DNA of 64,000 nt, from the NCBI GenBank assembly GCA_951406725.2, contig OX597815.1:992001-1056000 (forward strand), in the 5' to 3' direction. Shown piece by piece: positions 11,883 to 25,383 of the stretch (its first letter is position 1; every line of letters starts with the position of its first letter). Source of the DNA: Octopus vulgaris (lineage: Eukaryota). Made by a program: the position numbers and the translations under genes. The notes under the pieces were generated by a model, which was not told the DNA's origin, did not search any database, and worked only from the letters and a program-made list of their open reading frames with translations.

Positions 11883-12428
11883 TACATTACTATATAATCT
11901 TAACTCTGCCCACTCCCCCAAACCCCTATATCACCTCACTTATTCTTATCCACCCGAAGTCCCTGAAGGGCATGTCCCACCATATCTTCATCCTCTCTCT
12001 CTCTACCTCTCATTATCCCTCTCCTTACCTTACTCTCTAACTCAATCCCTTCCTTTCTTAATCCCTCAATCTACTCTTCAGCAAGACATCTTTCATCTCT
12101 CAAGTGGCTCAAAGCACCCCCTGCCCCCCCCCATCTCAGTACTAATCCCCCCCCCAGTCGAGGGGGTTTTGTCTTGCTGACCCTGTCAGTGCTGCTGCCA
12201 TGTACAAAGCATCCAATACACTTTGTGTGAAACTCGAAAGCATTTTCAAATAAGCTTCTTTCTTTCAAAGTTCTGAAGACGAAGAATATTTCAAAGATAT
12301 GAACCTTCATTTTGTCAAAGACTAACTGAAAATATTGCAAGTGTCAGCAAAACCTTTTTGTCCAACTCAGGAATTCTCAGCAGAATTCAATAAAATGCAA
12401 AAACGAATGAGAAAAAATAGAATCTTAC

Positions 12429-12664
12429 TAATGGCTTGTCCTTCTCGGAATACAGTATCATCGATGTGTTCATTTCCAACCGAACGCACATTATTCAGCA
12501 TACCATACACAATACTTTGCCGCTCTTGACTTGTGAAGAATTCCATTTCATTGTGGATATTTTCAAATAAGTCTTGTTCTTCAAAAGTGAATTCTTTCAT
12601 TCCACCGCCATAATCTTGTTTTAGGGACTTGCGGATACACAGGTTCTCGGCCCCTTTCAACAGA
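12429..12664 (-). CDS. ANO8: Anoctamin-8-like exon (LLKGAENLCIRKSLKQDYGGGMKEF...FFTSQERQSIVYGMLNNVR...GQAI)
   Basis: Acceptor ttAG at 12666-12665, donor A|GTAAGA at 12428; 236 nt, phase 2 to 1, in register with both neighbours. GGG.K.F and FFTSQERQSI are ANO8/10-type motifs. Confidence 0.93.
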
Positions 12665-13682
12665 CTAACAACAACAACACAATTTAATTTTTTTTAATTA
12701 TAAAAATAAACAATAAAATAAAATGTTACTCATCTGTTTTATACCAGTAATTACTGGAGATGGGGGCTTTATTATTGATATACATAATGTTTATTAGCAG
12801 TAAATAATCTCTCTGTACACCACTACTACTACTACTACTAACAATAATAATTGTTTTTAACATTGGCATAAGGTCTGAAATGTTGGGGTGGGGCTTGTCA
12901 ATTACATTGGCCCCAGTATGACCCCCATTCTTCCCCTCCAAAGGATGAATAGCAAAGTTGATCTCAGCAGGATTTGAACTCAGAATGTAAAGAATCCTAT
13001 TTAAACACCAAAAGGTATCTAGTCCCCTGCTCTTCTGATTCTGCAACAGTCTTAATGATAAAGATTGGGAAATGGTAACACGGGGAATGTGTGATGTTCA
13101 TGCTTTTTCCTAAGGCAGTGAAAGAGTCTGGGAAGTAAAATGACTTTAAACACTGATCTTTTACTTGTTTCAATCATTAGACTGTGGCCATGCTGGGGCA
13201 CCACATAACCCCTTATTTTTTAAGCCTGGTACTTATTCTATTGGTCTCTTTTGCTAAATTGCAAAAGTGTACAACAGGCTTCTTTCAGTTTCCATCAATC
13301 AAAACCACTCACTAGTCTTTGGTTAGTTTGAGGCTATAGTAGAAGACACTTGCTAAAAGTGGCACACAGTGAGTTTGAACCTGGAACCATGTGCTTAGGA
13401 AGCAAAACTTCTTACCACACAGCCAAGCCTGATATCTGTAAACTCCACATAATGTGTGTGGGTGTGTGTGTGTGTGTGTGAGTGTCTAAATCTTTGTCAA
13501 ATTTACTGGTATAAACCTTTATGCTAAAGTACATCCCTTCATGATACCTTAAATAAAGGCCGATACAATAAGGGCTGAGGATCAATATGACAGACTGAAA
13601 CCTTTGAAGGCAGAGCCCCAGCATGGCCACAGTCCAACAACTAAAATCAATCCAAATGAATGAAATACCAGTAATTACTTAC

Positions 13683-13929
13683 CTTTGGTAACTGGCTGTC
13701 ATGTAAAACCCAAAGACTTCCGTTTTGGCATGATGTCGAACATGGACAATAATCTGTGGCGCTTTTTCCTTCAGCTGTTTCAGTACCCACATCAACTTGG
13801 CATCTTCCGTTTTGGGTGGGAATGTCATCAGGACATCGCAGTTCCGTGTTGGTATCGTGTGCAGCCATATTCGACTGGATACCACAAACTGGCTGGTTCT
13901 CAGGAGGCGTTTACCGAAAACTCGATAAG
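13683..13929 (-). CDS. ANO8: Anoctamin-8-like exon, N-terminal cytoplasmic region (YRVFGKRLLRTSQFVVSSRIWLHTIPTRNCDVLMTFPPKTEDAKLMWVL...MTASYQ)
   Basis: Acceptor ctAG at 13931-13930, donor AG|GTAAGT at 13682; 247 nt, phase 1 to 2. FGKRLL...W...PT.NCDVLMTFP matches the recalled ANO8 N-terminus. Confidence 0.92.
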
Positions 13930-14460
13930 CTAGATTTTAAAAGACAAGGAATAGAAATGAAGAGACAGGAAGGGAAAGAAGAATTTAGAGAAAAGGAAAG
14001 AGAACTGCCAAGACTTTGTTTCCTAAAATTGAATTTTTCTTGTTATTTTATGTTCATGGGTGGATGGCAGGGGTGGATGGGGGGGATGTTAGAAGTGGAT
14101 CCTTGTAAACAATACAGAAACATAAATCAAAGATGACATTTTCCCTGTAACTGCAGGCACTGGCATCGCAATGTGGTAAGAAATTTGTTTCTCAATGACA
14201 TGGTTCTGGGTTCAGTCCTACTGTGTGGCACTTTGGGCAGGCATCTTCTACTAAAACCTTGGACCTACCAAAGTTTTGGGAGTGAATTTGGTAGATGGAA
14301 ACTGTGTGGAAACCTGCCATATGTATTTGTTTGCATTCCCACACAACCACGTAACAACTGGTATTGGTTTGTTAAAGTCCTCATAATGGTTCAGCAAATG
14401 AGAGGTAAAGTAAAGAACTTTGTAATTTTTTCAAAGACTTTTTGTATTTAAACTGAATAT

Positions 14461-14898
14461 ACGTCTGGCAGCTGACTTGACAGACACCCATAAAATTATT
14501 AACCATCTTAAAAACAATAACTCTGAGCACCTTTTCAAACTCCACCCGTCTAACACCCGTGGACATATTTACAAAGTCAGAAAACAGCACAGCTCCTTCC
14601 ATGACTTTCGGAAACATTTTTTCACGCTAAGAGTTGCTGAAGCATGGAACAAACTGCCGGCATCAGTTGTTGGTTGTCGGAGCACTGCATCCTTCAAAAC
14701 TTCCATGCTTCCTGAGATTCGCCAACACTACACATGGTTTTCTCCCCTCCATACACACACAAGCATGTATCTGACTCATACACTGTTCGCTTTCCAGATA
14801 TTTGCACATTACTGCATACACTTTATACGCACTTTTTGACAAGTTGTGGTGCACCTGAGCACTGTATACAATAATTTCATTATTATTATTATTATTAT
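14461..14898 (+). mobile_element. CR1-type LINE 3' end, second copy
   Basis: Near-identical to 729-1158; ends in (TTA)n. Confidence 0.85.
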
Positions 14899-15302
14899 AT
14901 TTCATATCAAAAGGTAGACTTTTAAAAGGACAAATGATTTTTAAAATGTCACCACCAGCAAAGTGATGGATCTTGAGCAAATAGAACTGAAAAAGAGAAA
15001 AAATTGATAAAACTGAAGGAAAACTCTTTCATTCCCTCATATCACCAGATCGATAACAAAAACCAGAAACAATGATTAACCTTTTTGTTACCATATTCCT
15101 GTTGAAATACATTCTGTTTGTCTAATTAAAGTTTGAAAATATTGAAGAATTTAGTAAATATCTTTTGCCATTATTAAGACAATGTTTTGAACATAAATTC
15201 ACAGAAAATTATGTTGGAAGATTTGAATTTCGATGCCTTTAAAAGAAGAATCTTATATCAAGGAACCATTCTGATACCACCTGAGACGAGGGATGGTCCC
15301 AG

Positions 15303-15364
15303 ATGTGTTGATAATGTAACCTGATGCTGACCAATGTGTTGATAATGTAACCTGATGCTGACCA
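15303..15364. repeat. 31-bp tandem duplication
   Basis: ATGTGTTGATAATGTAACCTGATGCTGACCA x2. Confidence 0.9.
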
Positions 15365-16717
15365 ATAACTGTTTGGATTCCTTAGTCCAAGACAACTGGA
15401 ATGACTACAGTGTGGTCTCTGTCTCATCTCCTCAGACTGAAGTCTTGAATAAAAGCAAAGAATCACAATTAAATCAGAAAATAAGAAAAAACAAAAGAAT
15501 TGTCATCCAGGATTTTTTCAATTACTGGAATTATGGAAATTTTTGGCACGACATGGCATTGAGTTTGAAGAATACAAAGTTGGAATACATCCGTAATCTC
15601 TATAGAAGAATAGCTGATATACAAAGTTAGATTGGTTGGTCTCCAGTGATGGTTTACATTGGAGAGAAGAGGGGGGAGGGAGGGAGAGGAGGGGAGGGAG
15701 GGAGAGAAACACAAGAGGTGCGGGAAGAGTGTCTTATAATTTTCTGAAAAATTAAAATTTTTTAATGAAGTTTTGTAGATGAAGTTAATTGCAATCATGT
15801 TGATAAAATTTTGAGAAACAAAAACATTATTTTGTTGCAAAAAATAAGAAATTTGTTTTATTTACCACATTTGGTGGCACATGGGGAGCACTTTTTTTGT
15901 TTTAGAAAAAACATCTCAGAACCAAAACCCGAGATCATCTACAAGAAGCTGAATCCCCAATTCTCTTGAACTCTTCAGCATTCAGATTACTCTGTCAAAT
16001 TATTCACATAATTTTGAAGTAATCATAGATTATCTCAAAGCTTTGGAGATTTTAATATGTTTGTTTATTTTTAGAATGACATTGTAAGAGGCGAGTTCAA
16101 AGATGGAATATTTGGGTCTGGTCTGGTCAATTTAAATGGTAAAGGCTTAATACGCTAAAAACCGTTTTCCCTGAATATGTGCTGCTGAAATTGGGCAATA
16201 TTAAAGATGCCAATCTGTCTTTTCTGTCTTTTCATCCATTAAATACGGAAAATTTTAAGGAAATACATTTTTTTTGTCTTTTGAAAATTTGTATTCATTA
16301 TTTCATAATTTTGTAAAAAGCACCAAAAGAATTTTGATGAGAGCCAGATTAGAATGTGTGCCGTGTTTCCTGATGTTGGTCCTGGTGAAAGAAGCATGCT
16401 TCTATGACTGCCATGAGGAGTAATATACACACACTAGTATAGCTTATAGTCACACACACACACACACAAGAACACACAAAAACACACACACACAAATACA
16501 AAACCACATGCACAAGAACACACACACACACTCTCTCTCCCACACACACACAAAAATACACAAACACACATAAGAACACAGAAAAACACACACATAAACT
16601 GATCTGTCGTTTACAAGAAGTGGCAATGATTTGCTTGTGTGTTGCCTGCTTTTCACTTTGGCAATTGTGGGAAGACATTGAGAAACTCTCCAGTTCTGCC
16701 CACCCTCATCTTATAAG

Positions 16718-16775
<58 letters not shown>

Positions 16776-16891
16776 CAGCAACAATCAGTTGGGACACAGG
16801 CTGAATATATACTGGAGTAATATAAAACAGAGAGCCTTGCTCAAGGACACAATGTACTGCCCAGTCCAAGTGTAACATCCTTGAGTTTACG

Positions 16892-16939
<48 letters not shown>

Positions 16940-17199
16940 ATGCAGATATGTCTGTGTGAGTGGGAATGTGCATGTATGTGTGTGTGTTCATTCTCATCCT
17001 ATGTCTGTCTGTCTGTCCACATTAGCAAGGGTTGAGGTGAAGACTTGAGATAGTATTTTGAAGCTGAATGCTCTCCCTGTTGCTAACCCTTACCTGTTTT
17101 TCAAAGGAATCCTTACAAGGGGCCGACAGTTTGCCATGGCAGAAGATTATGTAGGGGTTGATAGTCTGGCAATGTCCAATGTTCGATAACATGACTGAC

Positions 17200-17687
17200 C
17201 ACAGCATGGACAAGTTTAGAAGATATGAGTTTGTGAGATTTCAGACTTAAAATCTTCAAAGCCACAGTCGAACCAATTCTACTCTATGGCTCAGAAACCT
17301 GGACGTTATCAAAGAAGCTTGAGAGGCGGTTGGATGGAACCTACACTCGCCTCCTTATGAGAGCTCAAAATCTCTCGTGGAAGCATCATCCAAAATGCAA
17401 ATATATTGAAAACTACCACCTGTGTCATCTCTTGTGAAAGGTAGGAGAGTCCAGTTTGCTGGACATTGTTGTAGAGCTGAAAACGAGGTAATTTCTACTC
17501 TTCTCCTCTGGAAGCCATCTGCTCGCAATACCAGAGGGTGCACACTCTCCTACCCTGATGTAATCTCCAGGGATACAGGCATCCAGCAACAGGACCTCCG
17601 TAATGCTATGATGGACCGTGAAGTCTGGTGTAACATCGTAAATTCCATTGTCTCGACCACGGTTGAACACTGATGATGATGATGATG
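17200..17687 (+). mobile_element. RTE-clade LINE 3' end with (GAT)n tail
   Basis: FKATVEPILLYGSETWTL, RRVQFAGHC.R and AMMDREVW motifs; one frameshift. Confidence 0.85.
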
Positions 17688-17832
17688 TTTGTGAAAGTAA
17701 CTGCCAGGAGGTATTGACCAGGCTTCAGCGACTGAAGAACATCTTTTATTTCAAGCCCATTTCTAATGAAATTCATGAGGTTTTGATTCATTTTGAAAAT
17801 AATAGAGAATTTAGTAAAATTAGTTTATCATA

Positions 17833-18220
17833 GGTGCAGGAGTGGTTGTGTTGTAGGTAGCTTGCTTACAACCACATAGTTCTGGGTTCAGTCCCACTGC
17901 GTGGCACCTTGGGCAAGTGTCTTCTACTATAACCTCGGGCAGACCAAAGCCTTGTGAGTGGATTTGATAAATGGAAACTGAAAGAAGCCTGTCGTATATA
18001 TATATGTATGTGTTTATGCATTTGTGTTTGACCCCCCAACATCGCTTGACAACCGAGTGGTGTGTTTACATCCCTGTAACTTAGTGGTTCGGCAAAAGAG
18101 ACTGATAGAATAAGTACTAGGCTTACAAAGAATAAGTCCTGGGGTCGATGTGCTTGACTAAAGGCAGTGCTCCAGCATGGCCACAGTTAAATGACTGAAA
18201 CAAGTAAAAGAGTAAGAGTA
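17833..18220 (+). mobile_element. tRNA-derived SINE family A, full-length copy
   Basis: Same head, body and tail as 56590-57005; interrupts an older repeat. Confidence 0.85.
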
Positions 18221-20214
18221 TTATTTAGGTGGTGTTTGGAACCTAAATTAGCAGGAAATCTGGATGGAAAGATTAATTCTGATCATTTGAACCCTTTTGT
18301 TTCTGTTAAAATAAACTGCCTACGTTTCAATTAATTTTGGAAATAATGAAAAATTTAGTAGAATAAGTCGTTATTAGGCTGATGTTTGGAAGATAAATGA
18401 GGATGGAATTTGAGGGAAGGTTTGAAATTTAGAGAATCTTAAAACAGAAAATTTGTATCAACAGAGCCAGAGTAAGCTGAAGAGAAAAGTGAGACGGAAT
18501 TTAAAAGCATCAAAGAGAAAAAGTCAAATGATTGTTGTGGTAATGTATATCAATAAAGATATATGCTCTGGTCATACTGGAGCATATATAAATTATCTTG
18601 CCTCAACAGGTCTTCACTATGCTTGCGAAGACCTGTTGAGGCAAGTGAAATTGTTGTCGTGGCTGATGACAGTACTGCTTGATGGGCACCCGTGCTAGTG
18701 GAACATTAAAGGCACCATTTGAGAGTGATCATTGCCAGAGCCACTGACTGGCTCCCGTGCCGGTGGCACATAAAAGCAGCACCATTTGAGCGTGGTCATT
18801 GCCAGTGCTGCCAGACTGGCTCCAGTGCAAGTGGTATGTAAAAAGCACCCACTACACTCTCGGAGTGGTTGGCATTAGGAAGGGCATCCAGCTGTAGAAA
18901 CTTTGCCAGATCAGATTGGAGACTGGTGCAGCCATCTGGCTCACCAGCCCTCAGTCAAACTATCCAACCCATGCCAGCATGGAAAGCGGACATTAAACGA
19001 TGATGATGATGATGTACACTAAATGTACTAAAAAGAAAGAAAAATGGTTTTCTTCTTCTTTCATTCATCCCACATCAGTGTAACGATACTTCACAAATTA
19101 CAATCTAAAGAAATGGTGCAGTTTATTATCTAATTTGCAAATGAGGTTAATTACCTAAGAATTTCAATCACCAAGAATGTTTAATTAAAGGAACTTTCCA
19201 GAACAAATCTATAACAGTGTTTCAGCCAGTAGCTGAAAGACAAACAGGTTAGAATGCCACTTGGAAGGGTCAACAGTACAGAGCCTGTCCCTGGGTCTCT
19301 ACAGTGGCTCTTGTAGAAAATATACTCAACTTTCAATGACCCCCGTTAAATGCTGTGAGGGAGGGCAACATGCCTCTGTTGTTGCTTAGCCCTAAATGAG
19401 CCCTGATCCAGCAAACCAATAACCAAAGATGTTCCAGCCATGGCCATCCAGTCTTTTAAAGGTGTCTAATGTAACATTTACTTTTTAAAGTTCCAACTCA
19501 CTCTAACCTTGCACCTTTATTAAAAATCATTAGCACACCTGACGAAATGCTTGGTGGCATTTCATCTACCTGTACATTCCAGGTTCAAATCTCACTGAGG
19601 TTGATTTTGCCTTACATTCTTTCGGGGTCAATAAAATAAGGACCTGTTGAGCACTGGGGTTGATGTAATCGACTAGCTTCCTTCCACAAAGTTTCAGGCT
19701 TTGTGCCTATTGTAGAAAGAGTTATTATTATTATTAGCAAGGCAGATTGGAAAAAAACCCCATTAAAATATTGGTTCTGGCCCTTTATCTTCTGAGTTCA
19801 AATTCCTCCAAGGTCAACTTTGCCTTTCATCCTTTTGGGGTCAAAGAAATAAATACCAGCTGTGCACTGGGGTTAATGGAGAAAGCCAATCCTAACCTTT
19901 CAAAACTGCTGGCCCCTATATTCTCACTCTTCAAGGTTGATCTGCATTTCTCCAGTATTCATAAAGCAAATACCAGTCATATACTGGGGTTTTTTGATTC
20001 AACTGACCAAACCATTCCCTTCAAAAGGTTTGGCCTTGTGATAAACGGAGACACAATTAAACACCTCATTATCTCTGATGATTACCTGCTTAATTATTCA
20101 TATAAAATATTTCAGAATTTAGTTGCAACTAATATCGATTTTGACTTTATGCCAAGAGAATAAAGAGAAAATGTTTTTAACCAAAAAACCAGAGCAGTTG
20201 TGTGTGTGTATATA

Positions 20215-20514
20215 TATCACCGTGATCACTGTGACCGATCAGGCTATCAGATGTTGCTGCACATCACTGGTCACAATGCACATCGCATTGTTTTAGCCTT
20301 CAAATGACGCCACCCTGCTGGCTAAGCGAGCAGGCCAACAGAAGAAAGAGTGAGAGAAAGTTGTGGCGAAAGAGTAAAGCAGGGATCACCACCACCCCCT
20401 GCTGGAGCCTCGTGGAGCTTTTAGGTGTTTTCGCTCAATAAACACTCACGACGCCCAGTGTGGGAATCGAAACCGCGAGTCCGCTGCCCTAACCACTGGG
20501 CCATTGCGCCTCCA
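20215..20514 (-). mobile_element. tRNA-derived SINE family D in a (TA)n context
   Basis: Head GGAGGCGCAATGGCCCAGTGGTTAGG...GTTTCGATTCC; its 3' end recurs at 3990-4090(+). Confidence 0.75.
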
Positions 20515-20528
20515 CGTATGTATGTATG

Positions 20529-20565
<37 letters not shown>

Positions 20566-20654
20566 TAGCAGAAAAGGTATTTTAACTCCTATTTCTAAAT
20601 TCGGTGTGAAGTAATTAGTTGACCCCTGATTATAATTATGTTTTTAATTATAAA

Positions 20655-20707
<53 letters not shown>

Positions 20708-20825
20708 TAGTTGAGTCTAAGTCTGGTCATAGACTGACCAATGGTTTTGCATCCACAAAGGCCTCAGCCCCATGAATGTTTTGTCAGACTCAAATAGAAG
20801 AAGACTTTATAAATATATTTTCCAA

Positions 20826-21441
20826 GTGAAGGCCGGTTTATGGGGTTAGCCTGAGTTTCCCATCAATAAAGGGTTTAACTTTATGGCATATTGTCAGACC
20901 TGCTGGCCTATGACCTCTTTAAAATATGGAGGGGGAAAAATCTGGATCATCTCCCTAGGGGATTATCTCCTGCTGGCCAGCCATGTTTGGCAAGTAAAAG
21001 ACGACGGAGTTCCATACTCGATCTCATGGAAAGTCCTCGAAAACCCAGGCCCCTACACCAATGGGATGAAATGCTGCAAGCTATGCATAGCTGAACACAC
21101 GAGAATCCTAAGGGACTCACTCGAACCAGGAGCTATACTTAACTCTAGAACAGAGATTTCCAGGGCATGTTTGCAGTTTAAGAAATTTCTGCTGGCCTTT
21201 TGGGAACCGCTGGAAGTTGATGGCTAAGTTGATGGGAGAGGGAGATAATCCCCTACTATTTTACCCTAACAGCTGAATGATGGCAGTATAGCTGTAAGTC
21301 AATAGCCATTGGCAAGGGGAGATAATCCAGACTTTGTCCCCTCCATTTTTTAAAGCGGTCATAAGCTAACAGGTCTTGTGGCCCAATGATACACCCTAAA
21401 GTTAAACCGTTTATGGAGTAACCCCATAAACTGGTCTTCAC
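20826..21441 (+). mobile_element. Penelope-like element remnant: endonuclease C-terminus between inverted pLTR-like arms
   Basis: LASHVWQVKD..VPYSISWKVL...Y....CCKLCIAE...LNSRTE...C...KFLL; arms 20826-20970 and about 21240-21441 are reverse complements. Confidence 0.75.
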
Positions 21442-21525
21442 CAGCAAAAAAAAAAACCAAAAATTTATAGACTGCTCTACTTCTTAGAGTTGGCTTCTTC
21501 ATGTTTTTCTAAAAACGATATATAC

Positions 21526-21582
<57 letters not shown>

Positions 21583-21664
21583 GGCCAAGCCGAACTAAAA
21601 GTTGGAGGAGGACAGGATAAACTACCTGCATCAACTTGCTATGAAAGCAGATAGTAATTTTACT

Positions 21665-21708
<44 letters not shown>

Positions 21709-22879
21709 TCATCATCATCATCATCGTTTAGCGTCCGCTTTCCATGCTAGCATGGGTTGGACGGTACAACTGGGGTCTGGGAAGCCAGAAGGCTGCACCA
21801 GGCCCAGTCTGATCTGGCAATGTTTCTACGGCTGGATGCCCTTCCTAACGCCAGAATGCCCTTCCTAACGCCAGATGCCCTCTTGAAAAACAGACTTAAA
21901 ACCTAATCCTGAAAGTGATACATATGTGGCAGGTCTGGTGTGTGTGTGTGTGTGTGTGTTGGGGTGGGCGAGGCATGTACCATTGCAGTGTGCTGCTGCA
22001 TCCTTCATTTGTGGGTATATTCCTGGGTCCACCTGGGTGACCCGTTGAGCAGAGTCCCAGTCAGTCCCTATCCCTCTGAGATACCTCCTTGTCTATCACG
22101 ACCAGGTGACACATGGTTGACCACCACCAGCCATCAACCCAGCCAGATCTTCAGTGAAGAGGAAACGGTAAGCTGGGTCGAACTTGGAAAATTGTACAAC
22201 ATGAGCGAACAGTCTGAGGTGGTGGTCCTGAATCGTACAAATAACAGGTCACCAATGGTAACCCATAATCCTGGAAAGTGGCCTGGTACTGAAGGAGTTC
22301 AGGTAGTCGCTAAGGACGCTGGACATATGTGGCCAAGTGGTTAAGAAGTCCACTTTGTGATTCTGGGATTGATGGTTCAATCTTACAGTGAGGCACCTTG
22401 GAAGAACACTTCTACTGTAGACATGAGTTAGCTGAAACCTACAGACGAAAGTAGAGAGAAGAAACTGTTCTGAAGCCTTTGGAATGACATTTCCTGTAAT
22501 TCAAGTGTTATATTGATTCTATGTTAAGGGTAGATGCTACTCTAGAATACTCACCCACTTTGGATGGTGATTCAAAGAGTTGGTTGTTCTGTGGTTCAAA
22601 GAACTAGATATATACCCATTATTATTATTTTTATTAGTTTGTCTGTCATTGTTGGCAATAACCAAGGACATCACATAGGAAAAGAGGGCAGGGCATGGAG
22701 TGTGGCCAGTCAGTCCAATGCATGCTTGGCGGGCTCTGCCACAGGTTGGGCACTGACAGTGGATTGGGACTAAAGGTAAGGTATTGGCTCTGGACTGGCA
22801 TAGTTTGTGTTTTTTTGGGTTTTTTTGGTGCCCCTGAAATCCTGTTCATTTCATCGGAGGTGACACCTGTTGGTGCAGC

Positions 22880-23230
22880 TTCACCAGGAAGGAGAGTTTT
22901 GTGCTTGCATTTCTAGGTGTCAGGGTTGATCCCAAAGCTCTTCAGTGAGGCTTTGCATGTGCCCTTGAAGTAATTTTTCAGTCCACATTGTGTCAGGCAT
23001 TCGGACAAAATGGCTTGCCCACCTGATTTGTGCTCTGCTCAGCAATGTGTAAATGCTTGGCAGATCAGCTCCAGAGAGGATCTCTATGACTAGGACCTTA
23101 GTCCTGCCACATCACTTTCATCATCTTTCTCAGGCAGTTCATGGGGAAGAGGTTTAGCTTTTTGCTGTCCAACTCTTATAGGTGCAGCATAGCGAATATA
23201 CAATTGCTTAAGACACCTTCAACGTGGTGG
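22880..23230 (-). mobile_element. Degenerate RTE (BovB-like) LINE fragment
   Basis: Minus-strand FKGTCKASLKSFGINP resembles the RTE ORF C-terminus. Confidence 0.45.
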
Positions 23231-23359
23231 CCTAATGCCTCTCCTCTCCCACACTGAATCACACACACACACACATATATATATACAATTATGTTCAACC
23301 CATACCAGCATGGAAAAACGAATGTTAAATAAATGAACAAATGAATGAATGCGTATATT

Positions 23360-23414
<55 letters not shown>

Positions 23415-24009
23415 AAGTATGAATGTATATAAGTAGATATGCATGAATAAATTTGCTTTCTAATTACTCATCCGCAGTTGTCTCCCATGACGGAGAGCTG
23501 ACACCTCAGGTTAAAAAGCAGAATGTCTGAGTTCAAACATATGGATGGATATATGTGTATATATACATATATATGGCTCACAGGATGGCCTGCTGTGCTA
23601 ACCTTGGATCGTAGAGTGACCCACTGTTCTTGAGGAGACCTATTGAGTCAAGTACAGCAACACCAACATCAAAATAAAAATCAAATGGAAATTGTAGTTA
23701 AGATACCTGTGCTGGTGGCAGGTAAAAAGCTCCATCCAAACGTGGCAGATGCCAGCGCCACCTGACTGGCGTCCATGTCGGTGATGCGTAAAAGCACCAA
23801 CCGATCGTGGCCGTTTGCCAGCCTCCTCTGGCCCCTGTGCCGGTGGCATGTAAAAAGCACCCACTACACTCACAGAGTGGTTGGCGTTAGGAAGGGCATC
23901 CAGCTGTAGAAACATTGCCAAATCAGACTGGAGCCTGGTGCAGCCTCTATGGCTTACCAGACCCCGGTTGAACCGTCCAACCCATGCCAGCACGGAAAAC
24001 GGACGTTAA

Positions 24010-24042
<33 letters not shown>

Positions 24043-24354
24043 TATGTGCATATGTTATAAATTTATATTTGAGCAGTGATACCATTGATTTCACACCCAG
24101 GTATCACCCAGATGTCAGGGTTGTGGGTGGAGCCTGTTACTACAAGGGGATGGTCCCTTCTCTGCACAGCTCACCTCACTGCACACACGTATTGAATGCT
24201 TCAGTTGTTCTACACACAAAACCATAAATGTACACTCATTGCATAAACCTGTTCAAGCAGACACACACCCCGCCACCCACCCACCCCATACTACCATTCA
24301 CTCAGTCACTGATCCTTAAAAAACGGAGTAATTAAAACTCTTTAAGCTTCCAAG

Positions 24355-24820
24355 GTACAGGAGTGGCTGTGTGGTAAGTAGCTTGCTTCCCAACCACATG
24401 GTTCCGGGTTCAGTCCCACTGCGTGGCACCTTGCACAAGTGTCTTCTACTGTAGCCTCGGGCCGACCAAAGCCTTGTGAGTGGATTTGGTAGGCGGAAAC
24501 TGAAAGAAGCCCACCGTATATCTATCTATCTATATATATATATATATATATATATATCTATATCATCATCATCATCATCATATATATATGTATGTATGTA
24601 TGTATGTATATATTTGTGTGTTTGTTTGTCCCCCCCCCCACCTACTATTGCTTGACAACTGATGTTGACATGTTTATGTCCCTGTAACCTAGCAGTTCAG
24701 CAAAAGAAACTGATAGAATAAGTACTAGGCTTACAAAGAATAAGTCCTGGAGTCGATTTGTTCGACTACAGGTGGTGCTCCAGCATGGCTGCAATTAAAT
24801 GACTGAAACAAGTAAAAGAA
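24355..24820 (+). mobile_element. tRNA-derived SINE family A, full-length copy
   Basis: Same as 56590-57005. Confidence 0.85.
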
Positions 24821-25304
24821 TGTGTGTGTGTGTGTGTGCCCAACCATCAGTTGACAAAAGGTGTTGGTGTGTTTACCTCCCCATGACTTAGCAATTTGGC
24901 AAAAGAGACTGACAGAATAAGTAGCAGGGTTTAAAAAAAGGATAAGTTCTGGGATCAGTTTATTTGACTAAAACTTCTTTGACATGGTGCCCCAGCATGG
25001 GCACAGTCTCATAACTGAAACAAGTAAAAGATAAGAGAGGGGGGGCGACCCCTTTAGTGCTGGGGTCACAATACACCATGGTCTCTTGTCTGTACATGTG
25101 TGCATATTTGTGCTTGTGTGTGTGTGTGTATATATATATTCTTGTGTAAGTGTATATATGTATGTGTGTATGCTTGTGTGTGTATGAGTGTGCATATATA
25201 TATGTGTGTATGTATGTATGTAGGTGTTTAGCAAATAGTTGGACACAGAATTCTCGGTGGGGAGGGAAAAACACACAGGAAAAGATGAAATATCTGGAAC
25301 TTAC

Positions 25305-25383
25305 CATTTTGTAAGTAACTCCTGGAGTGCTGAAATTTATACATATTTCTTTTACCCATGTTCCACAGACTCGTTATGGACAT
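25305..25383 (-). CDS. ANO8: Probable first coding exon of the ANO8-like gene (MSITSLWNMGKRNMYKFQHSRSYLQN)
   Basis: ATG at 25383, 26 codons plus 1 nt, then G|GTAAGT at 25304. Phase 1 matches the 13929 exon. Non-repetitive sequence, but no homology support. Confidence 0.55.

Noticed and set aside
12270-12305. Hammerhead at CTGAAGA
   Set aside because: GAAA and stem III could not be placed convincingly.
20440-20514. tRNA gene (also the heads at about 48445-48518 and 56590-56655)
   Set aside because: A/B boxes are present but there is no complete cloverleaf; each continues into a SINE body.
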